Below are positions 7,695-15,140 of a stretch of 32,000 nucleotides of DNA, in pieces. How positions within the stretch are numbered: the first letter of the stretch is position 1; every line of letters starts with the position of its first letter. The notes beneath the pieces were generated by a model. The model was not told where the DNA came from, made no database searches, and saw only the letters and a list, made by a program, of their open reading frames with translations. The stretch is from Candidatus Lokiarchaeum ossiferum (lineage in GTDB: Archaea > Asgardarchaeota > Lokiarchaeia > Sigyniarchaeales > Promethearchaeaceae), in assembly GCA_025839675.1 (NCBI GenBank), contig CP104013.1, forward strand, positions 4,140,001 to 4,172,000, read 5' to 3'. Made by a program: the position numbers and the translations under genes.

Positions 7695-8384
7695 ATGGCT
7701 TTAAGTATAATACCAATGATCATTTTTTTTGTTTTCGTAGGTGCTCATTTATTTGGAGAATATCTCATCATCAAAGAAAACAAAGATGGAATGAAAATTC
7801 GATATATCACTAAACCCTTTTTGATACCCTTGCTGGGTCTGTTTTATATCACGGGGAATTCAGCCATAAATTGGTGGTTAGTTGCAGGGTTGGTTGGAGG
7901 TTTCGGGGGAGATGTTTGTTTGATGATCCCAGATCCGAACAATACTAAGAAATTTTTCCGTATTGGTTTGATATCATTCTTGTTAGGACATGTATTCTAT
8001 ATTATCGCTTTTATTGTTGCCGCAGATGGATTTCAAAATTATAAGTTTTGGAGCTTTTTACTAACTCTTCCCTATATGATTATCGGCGCTTTGGTCTTTC
8101 CACGTTTGACCAAACACACAGGAAAGATGACAAAAGCAGTAACAATTTATCTAGTGGTTATTGTTCTCATGGGTGTAAGTACTTCTTTCCTTTGGGGTAT
8201 CGGAGATCCTGGAGGTATAATATTAGCGATGATCGGTGCCTTAATATTCATGATATCTGATACTATTAACGCTTTCAATAAATTTGCTAGTCCTATTCCT
8301 TATGAAAGATTGTATACCATGAGTACTTATTTGATAGGTCAGTTTCTTATCATTTTAGGATTTTTACTGGCTCTTCATATATAG
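7695..8384 (+). CDS. YhhN / TMEM86-family membrane protein (lysoplasmalogenase-like)
   Basis: 229 aa and about 8 TM. Family blocks are ITKPFLIPLLGL, GGFGGDVCLM, SFLLGHVFYIIAF and FMISDTINAFNKF. Confidence 0.7.
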   Translation: MALSIIPMIIFFVFVGAHLFGEYLIIKENKDGMKIRYITKPFLIPLLGLFYITGNSAINWWLVAGLVGGFGGDVCLMIPDPNNTKKFFRIGLISFLLGHVFYIIAFIVAADGFQNYKFWSFLLTLPYMIIGALVFPRLTKHTGKMTKAVTIYLVVIVLMGVSTSFLWGIGDPGGIILAMIGALIFMISDTINAFNKFASPIPYERLYTMSTYLIGQFLIILGFLLALHI

Positions 8385-8531
8385 CAATAGATTTTTTTTA
8401 CTATTATTTTTTGTATTATGGATGCGTGAAGAAGTCCAAATACCATAGTTCAGTTAAAACTGCACTAGAATTTGTTCAGAAGAAAGAAAATTTTAATATC
8501 ATTCATGTTACATGTAATTTATCTGAGGATC

Positions 8532-9125
8532 ATGGTTAAAAAATTTGCACTCGCTGGTTCGGTAATTCTTTTCATTTCCTGGTTAATAGAGTGCATGATG
8601 GCTTTCAATTTACTAAATTCCTCCTATTTTTTAGTGAGTTTGCAATTTCTTTTTAGTAAAATTCCTGGATTTTATTGGCAACTTTTGCAAATTCTTGGAT
8701 TCGCACTCTATTTTTGTGAAACGATATTTACCAAACGTTTTTTTCTTATTATTGTTTCAATCCTAATTATCCTTGGAAAAATTATTTCCAGCATCTTTTT
8801 TGCTGAAATATTGCATGTTAACGCACGAATTGTTTCTATGGGAAATGAACTTATGATTTTAGGATTTATGTTGTATCTCGTAGGATTTTATAAATATCGG
8901 AATGCAGTACAATTGGGATATTATATATTAGTTAGTTATGTGGTACTTTTGCTAAGTGAGATTTTTGTTCTTTATTTCCTTCAATTAAGTCAATCGGCTG
9001 AAACTGCCCAAATAGTTGCAGCTTTTTGGAATTTAGGATTACTTACACTATTTATATTCCATGGGATTGCTATAACAATCTCGAAAAATGCGTTTTTAGA
9101 AGTGAATGAAGAAGAAAAAAAATAA
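8532..9125 (+). CDS. Integral membrane protein, unknown function
   Basis: The ORF track starts at TTG 8472. I prefer ATG 8532 (MVKKFALAG...), which is preceded by GAGGAT at 8525..8530. Six or more hydrophobic segments and an acidic/basic tail EVNEEEKK. Confidence 0.55.
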   Translation: MVKKFALAGSVILFISWLIECMMAFNLLNSSYFLVSLQFLFSKIPGFYWQLLQILGFALYFCETIFTKRFFLIIVSILIILGKIISSIFFAEILHVNARIVSMGNELMILGFMLYLVGFYKYRNAVQLGYYILVSYVVLLLSEIFVLYFLQLSQSAETAQIVAAFWNLGLLTLFIFHGIAITISKNAFLEVNEEEKK

Positions 9126-9148
9126 ACGGACAATAAAACGGGTTCTTA

Positions 9149-10042
9149 TTAAAAACCAAGTTCTTTTAGTAATTTCATGGGTTTATTTTGGTGAAATTTT
9201 AATCCTAAATCTTTAATAGGCATTCCAAAGGCTAATGCCATTAACTCGGTAATATAAAGGACAGGTATCTTAACCTCCATCCCAAAAGTTTTTTTCATGC
9301 TTCGTTGACCTGCTTCTAACTGTTGAAAACAAGAAGGACAATTTACCATGATAATATTAGCGCCTGCTTCAAGAATGCTGGAATATTTCCGCTTCATCAT
9401 GCCATTTGCAGCATCTTCATTATTTCGGGCGACTCCTGAAGAACAACACATATTTTCTTCATCATATTCTATGATTTCGGCTCCTAATTGCTCTAATATT
9501 TCTTTGGCAAAGAATGGTTTCATTGGATCATCAATTTGCATCATTTCACTTGGACGGGCATAATGACAACCTACATGAATTGCGACTTTAAAACCTGTAA
9601 GTGGTTTTTCAACTGCTGATTTAATCGCTTCCAATCCAATTTCGTCATGTAAGACTTCCACGAAATGTTTAACTTGAGCTATTCCTGTATAAGTCTTTCC
9701 AACTTTTTCTAATCTTTCTTGGACAAGAGATTTTTCGTGGGAATGATGATTTAATTCATAATTAACAGCTTTCAAAGTTTCTGTACATCCATTACACATA
9801 CTGATAATGGGTCTTCCATTTTTTTCCGCTAAACTTAAGTTTCGGGCTCCCAAGGTAAGCCATGTTTGATGATCAGTGCTTTGAACTCCAACAGGATCTG
9901 GGCAACATCCAAATTCTTTATTGTCATTTAAAGTGACCCCCAATTTATCAAATACTAATCGAGCACTTTTTTCAATAAACGGAATTCGATTTTGGATGGT
10001 ACAACCTGGGAAGAATTCATAATCGTGTGTTTCGGTGGTCAT
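9149..10042 (-). CDS. hdrB: Heterodisulfide reductase subunit B-like protein (two CCG cysteine-rich domains)
   Basis: Motifs FFPGCT, CCPDP and MCNGC form CCG domain 1. Motifs HVGCHYARP, MCCSSG and VNCPSCFQQ form CCG domain 2. The start is taken at ATG 10042 (MTTETHDYEFFPGC), 1 nt after the hdrC stop (TAA-A-ATG). The 15-codon extension in the track would overlap hdrC. Confidence 0.8.
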   Translation of the reverse strand: MTTETHDYEFFPGCTIQNRIPFIEKSARLVFDKLGVTLNDNKEFGCCPDPVGVQSTDHQTWLTLGARNLSLAEKNGRPIISMCNGCTETLKAVNYELNHHSHEKSLVQERLEKVGKTYTGIAQVKHFVEVLHDEIGLEAIKSAVEKPLTGFKVAIHVGCHYARPSEMMQIDDPMKPFFAKEILEQLGAEIIEYDEENMCCSSGVARNNEDAANGMMKRKYSSILEAGANIIMVNCPSCFQQLEAGQRSMKKTFGMEVKIPVLYITELMALAFGMPIKDLGLKFHQNKPMKLLKELGF

Positions 10043-10043
10043 T

Positions 10044-10601
10044 TTATTTTTCCTCTTGTGTTTCTGTAGCTTCACGTTTTTCTTCATATATGAGTATCGT
10101 TTTTGCGGGAGTCATATCCATTAGCGTTTGAATTTCTTTCACATCAATATTATAAGATTCAGGTAATCCTAACTGCTCACGACGTTTTATAATGGCTGGT
10201 TGGAGTGGAACCGCTTTTCCATTCTCATAAACTTGCTTAGTCTCACTTGTATAGGAAGTTGGAATGTTATGGCTTAAGGCAGCGGCATTTTTGACTACAA
10301 TAAAAGTTTCATGAAGATTAACATTTTGAGGACATTCTTCTTGACATAGTTCACACATAGTGCAGTCCCACACATTTGGCATCAGATCTTCTACTAATTT
10401 TTCTTGCATCCCAAAATTTGCCAATTGAATAATTGTACGTGGATTATATTTCCCTCCCGTTTCTAAGGCAACCGGACAAATTGTTGAACATGTACTGCAA
10501 TTATAACACACTCTAAGTGAGATTCCAAGTTCGTTTTCGGATAAGTCTTCACGGAGTATTGCAGAAGGGCTTAATTTTTCCATCTTAAGTGTAACAAGCA
10601 T
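10044..10601 (-). CDS. hdrC: Heterodisulfide reductase subunit C-like 2x[4Fe-4S] ferredoxin-domain protein
   Basis: 185 aa with CYNCSTCSTICP and CTMCELCQEECP cluster motifs. Its size and its position directly upstream of hdrB are typical. Confidence 0.75.
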   Translation of the reverse strand: MLVTLKMEKLSPSAILREDLSENELGISLRVCYNCSTCSTICPVALETGGKYNPRTIIQLANFGMQEKLVEDLMPNVWDCTMCELCQEECPQNVNLHETFIVVKNAAALSHNIPTSYTSETKQVYENGKAVPLQPAIIKRREQLGLPESYNIDVKEIQTLMDMTPAKTILIYEEKREATETQEEK

Positions 10602-10650
10602 CCAAAAATTAAAAAGAATTTTATTTATTCAAAAAAGATGCTATTGAAGA

Positions 10651-11193
10651 TCATAACTCCTTTTTTTCAGATTGCGAAAGGTTCTGAAATGCCTGAACAA
10701 TTTTTTGATATAGAATCTCATCGACATCACACAAAATTGTCTCATCATCATATAAGTCATTAAGTTCCCCAATATAGCCTTCGGTAGCATGCTTAGCACA
10801 AATTTCTGGGGGACATTTGCATATCGAGCATACAACACTGACATCTGCACAAAATGGACACCACGATCTTAAATCATTTTTATTTTCTTTTTGATTTGGG
10901 AACCATTTCTCTTCTAAGCAAAGTTTAGCTAATTCTTGGGCCGATTTTTGCTTTTCCAATAATTCTGGAAAATCTTTTCGTAACTGTTCAAGTTGCATTG
11001 CTTCTTTTTCATCGCTTCCGCTAACATCAACATAAATTGCTCCTTTATATCCACAATCAGGACATAAATATTTCGGTGCTGAATAAATTCCACTTATATT
11101 CGAAGCATATCTTAAATTTGATTTCAGACAGTTTGGACACCGTTCAGTTATCGGTTCATCTTTTTTTTTTTTGCGTCCTTTCCAGATACCCAT
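10651..11193 (-). CDS. Cys-rich protein with two zinc-binding modules (N-terminal zinc ribbon plus C-terminal Cys6-His cluster)
   Basis: The start is taken at ATG 11193 (MGIWKGRKKKKDEP). The track extension to 11262 overlaps the GTPase 3' end. Module 1 is CPNC-x22-CPDC. Module 2 is CPFC-x6-CSIC-x-C-x4-C-x2-H. A helical linker lies between them. Confidence 0.6.
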   Translation of the reverse strand: MGIWKGRKKKKDEPITERCPNCLKSNLRYASNISGIYSAPKYLCPDCGYKGAIYVDVSGSDEKEAMQLEQLRKDFPELLEKQKSAQELAKLCLEEKWFPNQKENKNDLRSWCPFCADVSVVCSICKCPPEICAKHATEGYIGELNDLYDDETILCDVDEILYQKIVQAFQNLSQSEKKEL

Positions 11194-11239
11194 AATAAAA
11201 CTATAGAAATTCAAAGAAAAAAAAATCATTGTTTTAGTT

Positions 11240-11839
11240 TTATTTTTGATCTTCCTGTGCAATTAGAGATTTTGCGACAGTGCGGAACAGATCCTCAATA
11301 CCAGTTCCATCTCGGGCTGATGTTTCAAAATATGAATCGATATTGAATTCCTTTTTAAAATCCTCAATGATATCAGTAGGGATTGCTTGTTCATTTCCTG
11401 GGACCAAATCTCTTTTAGATCCAACTAGATAAAATTTAACATCCGGATTTCCCCAAACTCCTCCTTCCTTTAAAATATCGATCCAATTAAATAATTTTTG
11501 AAGAGTATTGTATCGTACGAGATCAAAAACCAAGATTACTCCTTCTGCTCCTTTTGTGTAATCTTTCAAGATGAATCGGAATCTTTCTTGCCCAGCAAAA
11601 TCCCAAAGAAGTAATGTTAAGCGATTTTCATATTGTTCATCGATCGTTTTCAATTTTTTTACAAAAAAATCGCTTCCAATGGTCATTTTTGTTGAATCTA
11701 AGAATACTTTATTTACATATCGGTAAAGTAATGTAGTTTTACCCACTCCACCTTCACCAAGAATAAGTACCTTCTTTTTTATTTGGCGGACTTGTTTTCC
11801 ACTTTCAGTGTTGAGATCAGAATCTAGATTTTCCGGCAT
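11240..11839 (-). CDS. Rab/Ras-superfamily small GTPase (Rab-like, Asgard-type)
   Basis: G1 is GEGGVGKT, switch I is TIGSDF, and G3 is WDFAGQERF. The Rab-like YTKGAEGVILVFD block is present. G4 is GSKRDL and G5 is ETSARDG. GAGGAG lies just upstream of the ATG. There is no C-terminal Cys. Confidence 0.85.
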   Translation of the reverse strand: MPENLDSDLNTESGKQVRQIKKKVLILGEGGVGKTTLLYRYVNKVFLDSTKMTIGSDFFVKKLKTIDEQYENRLTLLLWDFAGQERFRFILKDYTKGAEGVILVFDLVRYNTLQKLFNWIDILKEGGVWGNPDVKFYLVGSKRDLVPGNEQAIPTDIIEDFKKEFNIDSYFETSARDGTGIEDLFRTVAKSLIAQEDQK

Positions 11840-11900
11840 TTCTCCTCATTATGTAAAAGTTCTCTACGTGGTATAATTTCAATGTGTTGAAAAAAGTGTA

Positions 11901-11940
11901 AAAAAATAATAAAAAAATTTCCAAAAGTTTCTATAAAAAA
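11901..11940 (-). terminator. Oligo-T tracts (minus strand) after nfnB-like gene
   Basis: On the minus strand, TTTTTTAT lies directly after the stop, followed by TTTTTTTATTATTTTTT. This argues that the GTPase gene has its own transcription start. Confidence 0.4.
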
Positions 11941-11942
11941 TA

Positions 11943-13361
11943 CTATTCTGTGATCTGTTTTTGTAGATAGTCATGAATTCCATAAGCTGCTTGTTTTCCT
12001 GCTCCCATGGCAGATATCACTGTTGCTGATCCAGTGACAATATCTCCCCCAGAAAATGTATCAGGTAAAGATGTTTGCAATTCGTCATTTACTTCAATAT
12101 ATCCCCATTTATTTAATTTCAAACCTTCTGTTTGGGATGTAAAAAGAGGGTTCGCTCGTGCCCCAATTGCCATTACTACTAAATCTACATCAAGGATATA
12201 TTCTGTATTGGGTTGAACTATTGGTCTCCTACGTCCTGATGCATCAGGTTCACCTAATTCCATTTTTACTACTTCTAATCCCTTCACAAATCCGTCTTCT
12301 CCTCCAATGATTTTTGTTGGATTTCTTAAAAAGTGGAATTCAATTCCTTCTTCAACAGCATGCTCGTATTCTTCGTGACGGGCGGGAAGTTCTTTTTCAC
12401 TTCGACGATAAACTACAATCACTTTTTCTGCTCCTAATCGAAGGGCTGTTCTTGCGGAATCCATTGCAACATTGCCACCTCCAATTACCGCAACTTTTTT
12501 TGCGCGCTCAACTGGAGTATCATACTCTGGATCATAAGCTTTCATTAAGTTGACACGTGTTAGAATTTCGTTAGCACTTAAAACCCCATTTAATTCGGTT
12601 CCTGGAATATCCAAAAAGATTGGTAAACCTGCCCCTACTGCGACAAAAAAGGCTTTAAACCCTTTTTGACGGAGATCCTCCAGAGTTAGAATTTGTCCAA
12701 TCACTTTATTGGTCTCTAATTTGACTCCACAATCCCGCAATTTGTTTATTTCCTTACGAACGATTTCTTTTGGTAAGCGGAATTCGGGAATTCCATAGAC
12801 TAAAACACCTCCAGTTTTATGGAAAGCTTCAAAAATTGTTACATCATATCCTTTGGCAGCCAGTTCTCCAGCACAGGTTAAACCTGCTGGTCCTGCACCA
12901 ATGATAGCAACTTTGATTTTTTCTTCTGTATCTTCACAGAATGCACCTTCTGGAATGTCTTCTGGATGTTCCATATCCCAATCTGCCACAAATCGCTCCA
13001 ATCTTCCAATTCCGACAGGTTTAGACTCTTTGATCTTGCCTAAAGTACAGAATTTTTCACATTGGTTTTCCTGAGGGCATACTCGTCCACAAATAGCGGG
13101 TAAAACGTTTTTCTCCTTAATTTTATTAATTGCTCCTCGATAGTCCTTTTCATTGATTAAAGCAATAAATTCTGGAATTGGAACTTCAACAGGACACCCT
13201 TTCACACAAGCTCGATTTTTACATTTCAAACATCGCTTCGCTTCTTGCAATGCCATTTCTTCTGTAAATCCTAAGGCTACTTCAGAGAAATTTTGTCCAC
13301 GTTCCTTTGGATCCTGCACAGGCATTGGAGTTCTTTCTTTTATAATTTGCATTTTCACCAT
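11943..13361 (-). CDS. nfnB: GltD-family NAD(P)H-dependent FAD/FeS oxidoreductase, large subunit (NfnB / SudA-like)
   Basis: 472 aa. N-terminal FeS motifs are CLKCKNRACVKGCP and CGRVCPQENQCEKFC. The dinucleotide folds are VAIIGAGPAGLTCAGELA and VAVIGGGNVAMDSA. The C-terminal block is GGDIVTGSATVISAMGAGKQAA. Confidence 0.8.
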   Translation of the reverse strand: MVKMQIIKERTPMPVQDPKERGQNFSEVALGFTEEMALQEAKRCLKCKNRACVKGCPVEVPIPEFIALINEKDYRGAINKIKEKNVLPAICGRVCPQENQCEKFCTLGKIKESKPVGIGRLERFVADWDMEHPEDIPEGAFCEDTEEKIKVAIIGAGPAGLTCAGELAAKGYDVTIFEAFHKTGGVLVYGIPEFRLPKEIVRKEINKLRDCGVKLETNKVIGQILTLEDLRQKGFKAFFVAVGAGLPIFLDIPGTELNGVLSANEILTRVNLMKAYDPEYDTPVERAKKVAVIGGGNVAMDSARTALRLGAEKVIVVYRRSEKELPARHEEYEHAVEEGIEFHFLRNPTKIIGGEDGFVKGLEVVKMELGEPDASGRRRPIVQPNTEYILDVDLVVMAIGARANPLFTSQTEGLKLNKWGYIEVNDELQTSLPDTFSGGDIVTGSATVISAMGAGKQAAYGIHDYLQKQITE

Positions 13362-14275
13362 TAGAATTCTTCTCCTTCATTTTCTTCACAAAATTTTGCC
13401 TCTGCCCTACATTTTTCATTGTAATGACTTAATCTCACTTTCTCAACTCTTAAAAATCGACTGTTTCGCTTTAAAAGATTATCAAAATCCACGTTATGTC
13501 CATCCACATCAGGACCATCGACACAAGCATATTTGGTTCCCCCATCAAGTTGTTGAAAACGACAACCTCCGCACATTCCAGTACCGTCTACCATTATTGT
13601 GTTCAAGGAAACGGTGGTTGGGACTTTTGGTACACCTTCTTTCGATCCATTGGTTAATAGGGCAACAAATTTCATCATTATCAATGGACCAATTGCTATT
13701 ACTTGTGAGATTGGTCTTGATGTTATGATCTCTTCTAAAACATGGGTGACTAATCCCTTTCTTCCAATTGTTCCATCATCGGTTGTGATAATGACTTCAT
13801 CAGCAATAATATCAAATTTTTCCTTCCAAAAGAGAAGGTTTGCAGTTCGCGCCCCTAAAATGATGATTATTTCATTTCCCGCTTCCTTTAATTCCTTAGC
13901 TTGTGGATATATTGGAGCAATTCCAACTCCACCTCCCACTAATACAACAGGATTCGGGAATTTCTTGATATGTGCCTTTTTTCCTAGTGGTCCGACAAGA
14001 TCCATTATTTCTTCCCCGACTTCAAGCTTTGCAAGTTGAGTTGTTGATTTTCCAATGGCCATGACCACCATAGTTATTGTACCTTCTTCTCGATTATAAT
14101 CAGCAACAGTTAATGGGAATCTTTCTCCTTTTTCATCAATTCTAAGGATTAAAAAATTACCTCCAGATGCTTTTTGAGCTATTTGTGGTGCTTTTATTAT
14201 TAATTCAAATACAGAATGCTCTGGATTCAAAAATGTCTTGGATATGATTTTATGCCCCATGATTGAATTTCTCAC
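13361..14275 (-). CDS. nfnA: PyrK-like FAD/NAD(P)-binding [2Fe-2S] subunit (NfnA / SudB-like)
   Basis: 304 aa. Blocks are RFPLTVADY, LVGPLG, VLVGGGVGIAPIYP and the C-terminal GTGMCGGCR...YACVDGP cluster. The stop overlaps the nfnB start in TAATG (13361 is shared). An alternative start is ATG 14260. Confidence 0.75.
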   Translation of the reverse strand: MRNSIMGHKIISKTFLNPEHSVFELIIKAPQIAQKASGGNFLILRIDEKGERFPLTVADYNREEGTITMVVMAIGKSTTQLAKLEVGEEIMDLVGPLGKKAHIKKFPNPVVLVGGGVGIAPIYPQAKELKEAGNEIIIILGARTANLLFWKEKFDIIADEVIITTDDGTIGRKGLVTHVLEEIITSRPISQVIAIGPLIMMKFVALLTNGSKEGVPKVPTTVSLNTIMVDGTGMCGGCRFQQLDGGTKYACVDGPDVDGHNVDFDNLLKRNSRFLRVEKVRLSHYNEKCRAEAKFCEENEGEEF

Positions 14276-14578
14276 TTCGTTTTAGTAAAATTTAGATTAT
14301 CTGTCATTTTTATAAGAAAATTATTGATTTACAGAAATCAGTTTAATATTAATTTAGAAGATCTCAATAAAAATCTTTCTTCAAATCTGGAAATTTTATA
14401 CCAAGAATCTATTTTGTGATTGGTTTGAATCGATTTTGGTTACTTTATCCTTTCATTTTTTTACCAAAATTGTATATTAAATTTTCAATTGTTATTCCAA
14501 AAAAAAATCATAAGATAGTTCAGAAGTTTTAAATGTTAGATATTTTTTTGAAAGATATCTAAGAAATTTTGTGATATT

Positions 14579-15034
14579 ATGGTTGTGTTAGAGACTACAT
14601 TAGTGTTTAAGGATACTGTATTGGTTGAGAAATTATATCCTGCCGGAAAGAGTGGCGATTTTTTAACCAAAGACATCCGAACTGGTTTATTAAACTCTCT
14701 AACTCACCTCGCAGAACGTGCTTTTCAAGATAAATTACAAAATGTTAGTCTTGGGCCCTATCAAATAATCCAGATTTCTCAAGAAATTCGTCAAAAAAAG
14801 AAGGATTCCCCTATTGATTTTCTTTCAATGTATACCATTGCTCAAAAAAATACCAATAATAAGGAAGTTGTGAAATGTATGCAAAAAGCGATGCAGCAAT
14901 TCATTGATAGGTATTCAATATTTGATATATATTCACTTAATCAGCAAAAATTTCTGAAATTTGCCGACAGATTTGAAAAAATCTTTTCAAAATTGATCAT
15001 TTCAGATGAAGAACGATTTCGGGCTGTTTTTTAG
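14579..15034 (+). CDS. Hypothetical protein, possible longin/roadblock-like alpha-beta fold
   Basis: 151 aa. The pattern is strand-strand-helix-strand-strand-helix: LETTLVFKD, TVLVEKLYP, TKDIRTGLLNSLTHLAERAF, LQNVSLGPYQIIQISQ, DFLSMYTIAQK, EVVKCMQKAMQQFIDRY. The fold call is inference only. Confidence 0.5.
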   Translation: MVVLETTLVFKDTVLVEKLYPAGKSGDFLTKDIRTGLLNSLTHLAERAFQDKLQNVSLGPYQIIQISQEIRQKKKDSPIDFLSMYTIAQKNTNNKEVVKCMQKAMQQFIDRYSIFDIYSLNQQKFLKFADRFEKIFSKLIISDEERFRAVF

Positions 15035-15140
15035 ATTTTACCGATTCTTTATTTCAAGTCTTTTTCATTTGAAGTGATAAAAAATTTAGGAAGCAGAAAT
15101 TTAGATTAATTAAGGAATCTTTTTGGAAACGATTAAAATA

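Noticed and set aside
8048-8260. Plus-strand 70-aa ORF inside the YhhN gene
   Set aside because: It is an alternative frame within a gene that has clear family motifs.
10043-10087. 15-codon N-terminal extension of the HdrB ORF (MKKNVKLQKHKRKNK)
   Set aside because: It would overlap the hdrC 3' end. The internal ATG at 10042 gives the typical HdrB N-terminus and a TAA-A-ATG junction.
11194-11262. 23-codon N-terminal extension of the zinc-protein ORF
   Set aside because: It overlaps the GTPase gene 3' end and encodes low-complexity sequence. ATG 11193 leaves a clean 46-bp gap.
9348-14039. Shadow ORFs 9348..9563, 10641..10850, 12007..12216, 12314..12553, 12853..13074, 13153..13728 and 13599..14039
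   Set aside because: All are antisense or out of frame within the hdrB, zinc-protein, nfnB or nfnA genes, each of which has strong motif support.
14536-14562. 8-bp inverted repeat TTAGATAT-N11-ATATCTAA as a stand-alone regulatory feature
   Set aside because: An 8-bp AT-only inverted repeat is expected by chance in DNA this AT-rich. It is mentioned only as context for the downstream gene.
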